Shown piece by piece: positions 50,026 to 62,985 of a DNA stretch of 64,000 nucleotides. The notes beneath the pieces are model-generated. The model did not search any database. It was not told the DNA's origin and worked only from the letters and a program-made list of their open reading frames with translations. The stretch lies in NCBI GenBank assembly GCA_001662655.1, contig KV460211.1; one strand, written 5' to 3'. This DNA is from Pseudogymnoascus verrucosus (lineage: Eukaryota). The stretch's first letter is position 1. Every line of letters starts with the position of its first letter. A program made the position numbers and the translations under genes.

Positions 50026-51437
50026 CTATAATATAAGTTTGCGCTGTGGAAAATCAACACTGGATAGATCATACTGGCGATCCTTTCCTGACCGCCAGGT
50101 CTGTTCCAATGCTTCAATGGCAAGCTTTTGGTGGAAACAGCCAAGCGCGCAAAAGTTTTTGTATAGTTCGTTCCGTAGCCAGGCTTTTATTTGGCTATTC
50201 TCAGGGGATAGAAGTAGGCCAGCCTGGAACAAGGGCCAAGATATCGAGTAACTCCAGCTTGTTTTTGAAGGAATCGCACGTGCATGATGAAATATGCAGG
50301 TGGTTGTATTTGCCGTGTTGAAAATACCACTTGGCAGTCGAAAAAGTCGAATCAAATATAGCAAGGTTCCCAATCTCCACACCTCAACCATGTGGCGGCG
50401 GGGATCAGAGTCGCAGATGCATACCCATCTTTTGATAGCATTGCCGAGTAGTATAGCTTTCTGGATGGCATCAGGCTCTAATTTATACAAGACCGTAATA
50501 TCTGCAATATATTCGAAGAGATCAATCGGGCAATAGAACACATCAAATCCCCATTCTCTTTTCCCTGATGGCGTCCAAAACTTATTTAGGGTAGCCGCAA
50601 GATCTTCGGGGGACCAATGCGGCATTCTTGAACTTGTAGTTGCACCCATGACGTCAAGCCTGGTCTTCTGTGAGTTTTTGAAGCCAAATAGGTACGGAAA
50701 AGATAATTACCATGCTATACGCTGTTCAATGAAACCGCGCTCTGTTCCGTCAGAGCCACGTTGCTTTATAAATGTGCTCGCAGCTTTGAGATGTGTTTCG
50801 AATTCGACACAGTCGCCAGAGCAGACGTCAAGCTGCGCAAGTAGCAACATACACACGAGGCACGTCAGGTCTGGACCCTCAGGGTAGCCTTTTAGCTCCT
50901 CCCTTAAAAGTTCCGTGGCTTTGAGACGTAAATGAAGGCTTTGTCTTTTCATTTGGTCATCTTCCAGCCGATTTGCTATGTGGCATGCCGCCGTGGCCGC
51001 CACTGCGCACCTTACTGAGGGGACGCTTCTGATCATGGGCAGAACATGGCGGGTGTAAGGCGTTTCAACAGGGCCGTGGCCGAGATAAAAGGCTTCACTG
51101 ATCTCGCGAGCGTCTAGGACATGGTTAGTATGCAAATGACTGGGGTTTGGGTGTCTGTACAGTAGTTTACGAATCCTCCAAGATCATCGCTTGTTGTCCC
51201 TAGGTTCATGAGAATACTCAACTTTTGCTGTCTTATTATAGCTCGAGATTTGGTATCTGTATGTTCTTTCGACGATTTTCCCTTACTTGGAGCGGCATCG
51301 ACCCAACGTAAGGCATATCCCTCGCATTCCGTACCTCGTAAGCTGCAGTTGTTACATTTCGGCAGGCTCCGATCGCATTTTCTTCCACGACGGCGGCATG
51401 TCTTGCATGCAATTCCAAATAGATTGTTTTGACTCAT
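50026..51437 (-). CDS. Zn(II)2Cys6 transcription factor with Fungal_trans_2-type domain (multi-exon)
   Basis: ACKTCRRRGRKCDRSLPKCNNCSLRGTECEGY; downstream FETHLKAA, WLDVMGATT and WPLFQAG motifs. Confidence 0.9.
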
Positions 51438-51810
51438 TCTTAAATTGTTCAATTGGTAGCTTACCAGGCCTACTCGCAAGTTGGGGTCACCGAAAGCCGT
51501 TGGAGAATCCCAAGCCTACATTACATATACGGGGCCTACCGAGTCGATGAGGTTCCATTATCACCGCGTGCCCTTGTACCTTCAGGGCATTGAGTCACCC
51601 CATGACAGAGCGCACGTCCATCCCCCATCAACACATATGTTGTGCACTTTAGAAAAGAGTATTAAACCACGAACCACCTCTACGATATCGTCAAAGTATA
51701 TCAGAAACTAGAAATTGTTTGCTAATGCTAAGCTGTCCTTTCAACGCTTCTAGATCCCACTAGAGACCCAACTACTAATATAAAGTCGGCTCAAGAGCCA
51801 ACTGGAGTAT

Positions 51811-53585
51811 TTATAGTCTGTACCTCGTAGCAGGCTCGACGTTCACAATCTTTCCATCCTCATCATAAGTAATCTTATCCAAACTCTTGAGAACAGGGTT
51901 CTTCGCATCAAAGATGTCCGTCATCTCCTCCAATGTCTTGCCCGCCGTCTCGACAAACAAAAAGAAGACAACAAACAACTCAACAATCTGCCAGCCAATG
52001 AACACGAGGTAGAGCTTCCAGCCAATTGTTCCAATGCCCACCGAGATTCCAAAGGTATTGGTCATGGATGCGATATTAAGGAAGATATACTTTAGTCCAG
52101 CACCTTTCGCGCGTGTCCGGTTTTCCAAACACTCCACAGGGTACAAAACCTGTAGTGGCGTCCACCCCCATGCGAAGGAGATACCGAAAAGATAAATGAA
52201 GACGATAACACCGTAAACCAAATTCGGGTTGCTAGAACTCTCGGCTGTAAGTGCGGTGAGCGCGACGTATGACAGCATGGCTCCGAAGAGGCCATAAAAG
52301 AGCATCTTGCGACGACCGAGCTTGTCGAGCAGCGTAGCACCATAGATAGCACCACCGAGGGAGAAGAAGGGGTTAATAGCATTGAGAAGCAGCCGCGTAG
52401 AGGAGCTTTGGATGCCGGCGGTCTTGAGCATGGCGGGCAGGAAAGAGGTGACGACGTTGTTGCCGCTCCACTGACCAAAGAAGGCCATACAGATTACCAT
52501 GAGAGTTCTGTACCGGGAGGCGCGCGAGTCGAAAAGCTCACGGAAGTCCCAGCCGGGATTTTCTACACGGTGCAGCGCCATCTGTTCGCGGATCTCGTCA
52601 ACTTGAAGAGAGACAAGTGGGTGGTTGGTGTCACCGTCGCAATGGTACTTGGCGAAGATCGCAGCAGCTTCTTCCTCACGGTCATGGGTAATCAGCCAAC
52701 GAGGTGACTCAGGAAAGAAATATACGCAGCCCATGACGATGATGGGTAGGAAGCACTGAACTAATACAGGTGTACGCCATGCCCAGCTGTTCTTAAGGGT
52801 CTGGTTGCAGCCGTAGGTGGTCCATCCAGCAATAACTATTGTCGGTCAGTATTGATTGCAGATGTAGAGAGCGAGCAGCTCAGATTCGACTTACTGTTTC
52901 CAACCCACCAAAAATTGTTGTACATGCCACCCTGAATGCCACGGTATGAAGGATGAGCAATCTCAATGATGTAGACCGGAGCAGCTGCCTGGGCCAATGC
53001 GGCGCCGAAACCCAGAATGAACCGACCGGCAATAAACATTGGCTGGTGGTTTGCTGCCGTCTGAATTCCGGTACCCAGGAGGATAATCGTGCATCCAACA
53101 AAGATAGTAAGACGCCGCCCCCAAGTATCGGAAAGAAAACCAGAGAATGGGAGTGCGGCAAGGGAACCGAGACTGTAGATAATGAAGATGAGCCCAGTGG
53201 ATGGACCGGCACCATCGAGCCCGAATGTCTTCTGATACTCGTCCATAGCATTAAGACTGCCCATAAGGGATCCATCGTAGCCATTGATAGTGGCACATAG
53301 GTAGCAAAAGGCGCACTGGGTAACATATTAGCTTCAATGATTGCCCCGTAATAGGTGAGTTACAGGAAAGTCACATACAATAACCCATAGCCGGAGCATT
53401 CCCTTGGAGAACAGCTTAGGCTTGTGCGTTACCGTTATGGTCGCAAGCGTAACCTCGATGTCCTTGAGATCACGGACAGCAATGTCGTCGGCATCATTCT
53501 CAGCATGTTTCTGAGCTGAGATACCATCCTCGCGTGGCGGTTGAATGTCCTCGACAAATTCGACAGACGACTTGTCGACGACCAT
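51811..53585 (-). CDS. MFS sugar porter, lactose permease/cellodextrin transporter-like (multi-exon)
   Basis: NGYDGSLMG, DTWGRR, GRFILGFG, EIAHPSYRG, PESPRWL, GQWSGNNV, YPVECL, VETAGKTLEE. Confidence 0.93.
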
Positions 53586-53640
53586 GTTTGACGTATGCTC
53601 TCTAGGGAGCGAGGCCTGCCACAGCAGATAAAGCCTGGAA

Positions 53641-53674
53641 TGCGGGGTGTGCGGGGTGCGGGGTGCGGGGTGTG
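53641..53674. promoter_or_regulatory. Tandem SYGGRG (CreA/Cre1-type) sites upstream of the sugar porter
   Basis: Four GCGGGG copies within about 32 bp, 55-90 bp upstream of the ATG. Confidence 0.55.
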
Positions 53675-54472
53675 AAATCAATGTTGGCAAGAGTGTGGGG
53701 TAGCATGATAGGAAAAGAAAGGTGCAGATGTCGGAACTTTATATTCGCAGCTAATGCTAGAGTATCAAAGCCCACACGGCGCTGTTGTTACTTCAGAACA
53801 ATAGTAATAACGTCTGGATTTCGTTGCGCGTTCAAAGCACACGGGGAAGAACCATGCGAATCCACTAATATTTTTGTTATACCGAGATACTGGCCACCCA
53901 CCACCAGAGACTGGCCTAGGCCGTGTTTAATTAGTTTATCCGCACGCTATTCTCAACCGCGGATAATTAGGTCCACCCCGCGGACAAATCGCGATTGGAT
54001 AGACGCGCGCTCATAGAGTGCAATTCTCCGATCATGCGATAGCAATATTGAAAAATGGCGCGGGATCAGGGGAGCTCGAGTGGAGTAACTCTCACATTCG
54101 CCTGTACGGGGTAAGTCTAAACCGAATCTTCGGTTATTGAGTTCCCCATACGTCCGATTTTTCTGTATTATATTCAGCTATAATTCGAAAGCAGCACGAG
54201 CGCATCATTCGGAGTCTAGTGGCTTCCCAGCCAGGCGAGGAACTGTGGGAAAGCGAAGGATCCCCTGGCATGGGGAAAGTGGACGTATTGGCTGAAGCCT
54301 CAATTCATGACCTCGACGGACTGCAAATGTAACTGTCCTATTAATCGAATTAGATCACATGAAGCCCGTAGCAGATGATTACTTCGTCATAACCCGTTTT
54401 TCGTCTCTATATTCACACAAAGAAGGTCCTGTCAAGTACATTTTAGAGCCAGTCTTTATTATATCTAAATCT

Positions 54473-57400
54473 CTACTCTAAATCGATATCAAATGCAAAT
54501 TCTCTTGGCTTCAATGCGTATTGTGCCAGCGTCTTTGGCCCGCATGCGCCCGTGCCTAATCCATTGTGGTCTTCATCGAGCCTTAGCACGACATAGTCTT
54601 TTTTCGTTCGCCGCAAGTCAAAGGGGTGCGCTGCCTCTTCTAGGTCCTTCGAGGTATAATGGCTTGCCATGAAGCTAAATCCGTCTTGTGCCCCAAACTT
54701 TGCTGTCAGTGATACCTTTCCATCGTTCGATCCAAGCTTCACCCAGCGTACGTCAGTCCGATTCGAGGTCTCTTGGGGATGATCATAGTCAAAGAACAGC
54801 TCATCTACACTTGCGGACCAATTTCCAAATAGCTGCGACATCTTTTTATCTTTGTAGCTCTCCCCTGGGCCACGACCAAACCATTGAACGGCATCCAGCA
54901 TCGGTACCAATCCTAGTGTAAAGCCCAGGCGCGGCATCGTTAATGGGAGATTTAGTCCATCATCTGGTTTACCCGCACAGTTTATATGCAGTGTGCCATC
55001 GCCACGAAAGGTGTACGTTGTAGTCGTCGAGAAGGACCATGATAGAACCGGCGGAGCGAGGCGTGCATGAACAACAACTTCGATAGAGGAAGTTTGATCA
55101 TTGGTTTCCCAGGATACAGAACGAGTATGCGGCTGACTGAGAAAGACGAACTTATCGTTCCAGTCTACGCCATCAATCTTGACGTCGTTGTCAGTCATGG
55201 CGCGGCTGATTCCGAGTTCGGGCCCGAGGCCGTCCTGAATTAGCTCGATATTCGCTTTCTTCCATGAAATGAGCTTGCCGGCAGTGACCGAAAAGGTCCA
55301 GTCTGATGTTGTGGTAGAGATGTTTAGCGTACTATGCGTGGTGACGAGGGTAGGGGCCGCTGTTACGGGTGTTGGTGTTGCAAGGACGGGAAAGCTTCGG
55401 AGTAGCAGCTGCGACGATGCTACCAGGTGACCGCAATCGGCCCAGATAGTCGCGCTCTTCAGGCAAAAGTCGAGTTGAAGGTAGCTTTCACCATCAAATT
55501 CAGGGATTTCGAGATTCGGGAGGAGCAGACTTTCTTCTGTATGGGGAGGAATATCCATCGGGATAGCAATCTCGCCAAGAGACTTTTTGAATCCATCGCC
55601 CACGATAAAAGCAGTGCACTTAAGATGGTTCAAAGAAATTAAGTCATATCGATTGATGATGGTTACCTTCTGTCCCTCGTAGCTCTTTACTTGTACAGGT
55701 TCGATTGCCTTCCTGTACTCGAGTAATCCTGGAGTCGCGGTGTGGTCGGAGGAGACTAGCCCATCTAGAATAAAGGTAGGATTGTTTGGCACATCGCCAA
55801 AGTCCCCTCCATATGCGTAGAAATTCTCTCCGGTCGAAGGATCTTTTGTTTGAAGTCCCTGATTTGACCACTCCCAAACGTGCCCACCCTGGAGACGTGG
55901 GTGGGCATAGAATGCGTCCATATATTCCTTGAGGTTGCCAGGCCCGTTACCCATAGCATGTGCAAACTCACAGAGAATAAGTGATTTGTTGTGCTTTGGG
56001 TTTTTTATCTCCTCGACCAAGTCATCTGGATGAACGTACATTTGTGACCATATATCTGCTGACTTTGTTTCTCGATCTCCTTCGTAGTGGATTGGTCGAC
56101 TTTCATCAATGGCCTTGATTTCATCGTACATAGACTGAAAATTACAGCCGTAAAACGCTTCATTGCCTAATGACCACATGACGACTGAGGGGGAGTTCTT
56201 GTCTCGCGCGCAGAGTTGTACTGCACGATCAACGTACTGCGCTTTCCATTCAGGATTATCCGATGTCCAGCGAGCGGAGGTACCATAAACAAGCTCGATC
56301 CTCTCGTGAAATGATTTCTTCTTTTCCTCTTCAGTTAATGCAGCTCTGTCAATGGTTGCAAAGCCATGGCACTCGACGTCAGCTTCATCGATAATCCAAA
56401 ATCCAAGTTCGTCGGCCAAGTCGTATAATCGTGGGTCGGAGGGTTGATGGCATGTACGGATGGAATTGATGTTGCACCTCTTCATGGTGAGCAAGTCGTT
56501 CTTCATGAACTCGTATGGAACGGAGCGGCCATGGACCGGATGGTGCTCGTGACGATTGACGCCGCGGAAGACGATTCGCTTGCCGTTGATGGTATAAATT
56601 CCTTCCTTCATTTCGACCTTGCGGAAGCCGACATTTTTGGCAAGAAAGCGACCACCAAATTCTAAGATGAGTTTGTAGAGCTGGGGGTCTTCTGCACTCC
56701 ATTTACGAGGTTCGATGATTGCGGCTTCGAACTTCACGCTGGCACCATCACTGGCTTGCTTTGACAGAGTGACAACCGTCTGGCCATCATGGTCAATTAA
56801 TGTCAAGTTGATAGGTCCGTCACCATCAACATCAACAGTGACATTGAGATCTGCATCCTTGTAGTCGGCGTCCAGGAGAGTCTGGACATGGAAGTCTCTG
56901 ATGTGTGGTTTTGGGAACGCCAGGAGGAAGACATCTCTAAAGATACCACTAAGTCGCCATTGGTCTTGGTCTTCCAAGTAGCTGCCGTCGCAGTATTGAT
57001 AAACAATCACCGCAAGCGTATTCTCGCCTCCGGGGACGACAGCAGATGTAATATCAAACTCGGAGGGATTGCGCGCTCCTTGTGAGTATCCGATGGCATG
57101 GCCGTTGACATAGACATGGAACGCTGAGTCTACTCCCTCAAATCGAAGACGCAGCTGGTCACCTGCAAACCCTTCCGGTACAGTGAACTTCCGGACATAG
57201 CTACCAGTTTGGTTGCCTTGATAAGGAACATTTGGGGGGTCCACGGGGATGATGTAGTTGACGTTGGAGTAGTGAGGATTAGCCCAGCCTTGCAATTGCC
57301 AGAGCCCAGGGACTTGGATATCAGCCAACTGAGAAATATCGAAAGAGGGCTGTTCGATCCCAGGAGGAGCATCAAACGGATTGTAGCAATGGTGGAACTT

Positions 57401-57565
57401 CCATGTACCACTGAGTTTCACAGAACATGAAAAGTTCGTATCTTGGGAGATTGCGTGTGCGTAGCTGTCGTATACGAAGAATGATGATCGAGGAGGAAGA
57501 GTACCACGGTGAATTATTTCAATGTTATCCCAGTCCGGCTTTGAAGCTGGAAAGATGCCAGCCAT
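54473..57565 (-). CDS. Intracellular GH2 beta-galactosidase (LacZ/Lac4-like), intronless
   Basis: RFEGVDSAF, EDQDQWRLSGIFRDV, RGVNRHEHHP, WSLGNE (acid/base), LCEFAHAMGNGPG (nucleophile), YGGDFGD, GRGPGESY. No signal peptide. Start at MAGIFP. Confidence 0.95.
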   Translation of the reverse strand: MAGIFPASKPDWDNIEIIHRGTLPPRSSFFVYDSYAHAISQDTNFSCSVKLSGTWKFHHCYNPFDAPPGIEQPSFDISQLADIQVPGLWQLQGWANPHYSNVNYIIPVDPPNVPYQGNQTGSYVRKFTVPEGFAGDQLRLRFEGVDSAFHVYVNGHAIGYSQGARNPSEFDITSAVVPGGENTLAVIVYQYCDGSYLEDQDQWRLSGIFRDVFLLAFPKPHIRDFHVQTLLDADYKDADLNVTVDVDGDGPINLTLIDHDGQTVVTLSKQASDGASVKFEAAIIEPRKWSAEDPQLYKLILEFGGRFLAKNVGFRKVEMKEGIYTINGKRIVFRGVNRHEHHPVHGRSVPYEFMKNDLLTMKRCNINSIRTCHQPSDPRLYDLADELGFWIIDEADVECHGFATIDRAALTEEEKKKSFHERIELVYGTSARWTSDNPEWKAQYVDRAVQLCARDKNSPSVVMWSLGNEAFYGCNFQSMYDEIKAIDESRPIHYEGDRETKSADIWSQMYVHPDDLVEEIKNPKHNKSLILCEFAHAMGNGPGNLKEYMDAFYAHPRLQGGHVWEWSNQGLQTKDPSTGENFYAYGGDFGDVPNNPTFILDGLVSSDHTATPGLLEYRKAIEPVQVKSYEGQKVTIINRYDLISLNHLKCTAFIVGDGFKKSLGEIAIPMDIPPHTEESLLLPNLEIPEFDGESYLQLDFCLKSATIWADCGHLVASSQLLLRSFPVLATPTPVTAAPTLVTTHSTLNISTTTSDWTFSVTAGKLISWKKANIELIQDGLGPELGISRAMTDNDVKIDGVDWNDKFVFLSQPHTRSVSWETNDQTSSIEVVVHARLAPPVLSWSFSTTTTYTFRGDGTLHINCAGKPDDGLNLPLTMPRLGFTLGLVPMLDAVQWFGRGPGESYKDKKMSQLFGNWSASVDELFFDYDHPQETSNRTDVRWVKLGSNDGKVSLTAKFGAQDGFSFMASHYTSKDLEEAAHPFDLRRTKKDYVVLRLDEDHNGLGTGACGPKTLAQYALKPREFAFDIDLE

Positions 57566-57577
57566 GGTGGGAGATGG

Positions 57578-57607
57578 TGCGGGGTGTGGGGTGTGGGGTG
57601 CGGGGTA
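57578..57607. promoter_or_regulatory. Tandem SYGGRG (CreA/Cre1-type) sites upstream of GH2
   Basis: GCGGGG-GTGGGG-GTGGGG-GCGGGG at a 7-bp period, immediately upstream of the ATG. Confidence 0.55.
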
Positions 57608-58337
57608 GAGTGTCGAGAATTGTTTGTGATGAATCAAGTAGGTACTACTTGAAACTCGAGCTCGAATCTTTTAGGTCGTTTTATCTTAAGAACTTCTCGA
57701 GGGATTCGAAGGGTGAGGATTGAGTATGTCCACTTCAGTATCACAAAAAGGTACTCTCTGCTGTTCAACTCATGTGCCTTTTATGTTACACCTTGTGTTG
57801 ATCCTAAGAAGTTTGGAGATCCGCGATTCATGGTAGGTGCCATGGAGTAAATGCAAGCTAGGATAAGTCAGCAAAGCTCAACTGAATTCGTTCACTAAAG
57901 GCTAGTTCGGATGATGGTGTATTGCGGAGACACCGACAGCCGCGGATAAATCATTATGAAAAACACTAGTTCCCTTAGCTATGAGCTACATCTAATAGTG
58001 CGACTGCGGTCCCACAAGAACCTCCCCCGCACTATAGACTTAACCTATACAGAAGTGAATCGTCGGTCTCCACGATCAAAATTGCTTACAATTTCCATTA
58101 AAAAATGCTCAACCTACGGGCTTTTGCTCTGTGTCATAGCCGTAGCTGTGGTGTTATGCTGTCCCTGGTTATTAGATAAGTGACGTTTCTGCTGATTGAT
58201 GAGATGGCATTCTTAGTCTCATCTAGGCTTTGTCTGTAAACAAAGCTCACAGTCCACTTACTATTTTTTATTATATCTGAGGTCGCACCCTGCACTTCCC
58301 CTCATTCCTCCCTCTATTCGTCTTTCCGCCATCTGCC

Positions 58338-60045
<1,708 letters not shown>

Positions 60046-60154
60046 TAACTAGGAGACTAGATAGAACTTCACAATAGATAGACTCATTGCACAAACACGA
60101 AGACGTTGTATATTCACAGGATCAGTCGGGGGTAGATTTTCCAAAATAAATATA

Positions 60155-62349
60155 TTATGTGTTTTCTGATAGCGAGTCTGAAGCTTTTGACTCCATGTGC
60201 GCAAGTATGTGGGGATATAAATCTCCAAATTCTCTCGCAATATTCGCAAGCGGCGAATCAGCATGGTGGTCAATGAGTTCTAGCATCGAGGCGCCAACTA
60301 GTCTAATCTTCTCCACGCATGACTCCCCGTTCAAGCGTAAATTCTCGAGGCTACTGGTGTGCAGAATGTAGAGCATCTCTTCTGCAATCTTAACCTTCTG
60401 TAGAAGCATCGTGGACATCCCGCTGCTGTTTGTTTGAAATTCGGATACGTCATTGTTAACTACAGGATCCAGCTGTGCGCTTTGAATTAAGCGGAGATAT
60501 GGATCAAAATCTCTTTCGGAGGGAGACACATTCGTAGGCAGAAATTTCGGCCAGAGTGGCGACGCGAGGTGCCAGAGTGGAATGCCAGCGTCTAATAATC
60601 CTGACAAGGCCTGCAAGATAACTAGGCGCAAGCATTGGTACGAGACATGTAGGTTTATTCTTTGGAGAGCAAATGGGCGTGAAAGTTGTAGGCTGCTGCT
60701 CTCTTGACTGAAGTGAAAGTTCTCTCTATGTAAAGAGAGCGTTGGGTGTGCCCGTAAACACCTCGGCACGTTGCTAAGGGATGTCTCAAATGCAATATAG
60801 AGGCCTCCTAGACGCGCGAGCTCTGTTGGAGTTGGCATTGCGCTTGGTTGTTCTTCCCCTGCTTCGCGGGCGGAGTATCGCTCCCGCAATGCGTCGATCG
60901 CGAGTAGAACCGAATATGCAGCACGCCATAAGTCCTGGTTGAAATTGAATCCAGTGATGAGGGCCGGTGAAGACCCAGTCGAGCACTGCGGTAAATTTTG
61001 GTCCTCGTCCTCTAGGCTCTTGGAGTACTGGACAGTAATTCCACCCTCTAGCAGATACCTTCCTAGTGTGATGTGATGTTTTCCGAGGATCCCTGCTGAT
61101 TTATCGCCAGTGAAAAGAACCCAAAAGAGACGTCGACACAATTGGTTTTCCACCTCGTCCATGTGAGTGTAAGCCGCCTCATCGTGTAGCTGCATGCCTT
61201 GCGCAATCGCAATAGCGGCTTCCAACTCATCCCATGACGTTCGTGGTCTTCCCACGGAATGAGTATATCCTGATTGAAAGTAGCGGGTCGCAATTGAAGC
61301 TGATGTGGGTTGTCCCAACTCCGTAGCACGGCACAGATCCAAGCTGCGCTTTGAGGCGCGGTAGAACTTGTCTGCTACCAAAGAGCCTTCGCTGAAAATG
61401 GTGTTTGGGATGATTGCTGCAGCTATCGCGCACACAGACATAGTAAGTGCAAACACTTGGATATCGACTTCTCGTCTTTCGATGCCAGGCTGAAGAAGGC
61501 ACAACCCAAGCTCAATCTTTGGTCGATAGACGATTGGCATGATAGGATAAAGGCAGTCGAAAAAGTGGGCCACACATCTTCTGGCAAGCGCCGGCATGGA
61601 TAGATCTAGCCCGAGATTGCCCACTGATGCGTCGAGGTCATGGTAAATAGAAGCAAACAGTATTGGCGGCGTAGAATGCGGATTTTGGATGTTGTTGGGA
61701 CTTTGGGCCAGAGCAGGATCTTGTCTCGGGGGACCGACTTCGGCGCAAACGGCGGGACTCTGAGTGACATGACTGGAATCAGGGGGTGATGGTAAAGGCG
61801 ACGTCGAATCTGAGATAAAGGATGAGGGCGAGTAAGGGGACAAGAAGTGTCCATGGCTCAGTCCCGGTGAGATCACGTCTGGGAGGAGAGCCTCAACATG
61901 CTGGGCTCTCAGGTTACGGTCATCGGGGGGTTGGTCAGCGCCATCGCCAGGCAGATCGTTTGATGCGCTCTCCTCGGTGGATGCTGGGCGAGGCCCTCGT
62001 TTGCGCTGCTGGGTAGAGAAGCGACAAGCCAACGACCTGTTCTCACAATTGGCGCAGCTCGGGCGTCGGAGATCACACTGTGTTGCGATTTAGACAGGGC
62101 AGACAAGGTCGAAAATGGCAACACAAGGGCGGCAAATGAAAAACAAACCAAATGCAACGACCGACACGAAGCTAACGAACCCGAGGCATCTAAGGACGGC
62201 GCACATGATATTTTTCCGCTAGCACAGAAGGAAACGACTTGATGGCACTGTGGAGCAAGAGCCAGGGAAGTTCTACTCACTTTCGTCTTTCGCGCGCGGC
62301 AGTGGTCACAGGCCTGTGTCAAGCGGTGCAAGGGACGGCTGCCACGCAT
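60155..62349 (-). CDS. Zn(II)2Cys6 transcription factor with fungal-specific TF domain (AmyR/MalR/XlnR-like architecture)
   Basis: ACDHCRARKTK|intron|CDLRRPSCANCENRSLACRF...RKRGPR; FFDCLYPIMPIV; CRRLFWVLFTGDKS; NGESCVEKIRLVGA. Confidence 0.88.
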
Positions 62350-62985
62350 GATGCAGGGATCATGGTCATCCGAGAGATAGAGGTGGTTATGGAACACAGA
62401 CACGTGGAGTGTGGGGAAAGGCGGGGGAAGGGGAGGAGGGGGATGGTAATTGCGGTGATGGTGGTGGTTATAATAGTGATAATGGTGATAATGTAGGCGT
62501 TGGGTGGGGCTCTACATTGCTTGTAGTCTGGGGAAGTGGTCCGCGGTAGAAGGATGTGGGTGAACTGGGCGATCATCCGCTATTTATCCACGGCGACTCC
62601 TGACTACCATGCAGACTTTTATTGCCGTAGTGGTGCTACTAACGTCTCCATTGAATCTACCCCGCACGTCCAAAGTGACTTCCTACTTCAACCTACTTTT
62701 ACCTCGAGCTTGTCTTAGCTAGCGGCCTTGGCACATTTCGATCTTCCGCGTATAGCTTTCCACTTCCATCTTCGGACGGAGACAACATGAAATAAAATTA
62801 TCGCTAGGTATTGGAGGGGGAAGTACGCCGAGAGGTTTGCACATGCAGGTAGGCAGGCGGGCAGGCAGGCTAACTATGATATGCCATGATATAAAGGTCG
62901 ACTCTAGGTCCAAGATGCAATTTCTCATCCGTGGCCAGCACCTTCACCTGATCGATCAAGCCTTTCTCCTTCCTCTTTGCAGAAG

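Noticed and set aside
54473..57565. Recent bacterial horizontal transfer of an intronless lacZ-like gene
   Set aside because: Intron-poor intracellular GH2 beta-galactosidases are widespread in ascomycetes, and nothing in the sequence alone indicates recent transfer. A phylogeny would be needed.
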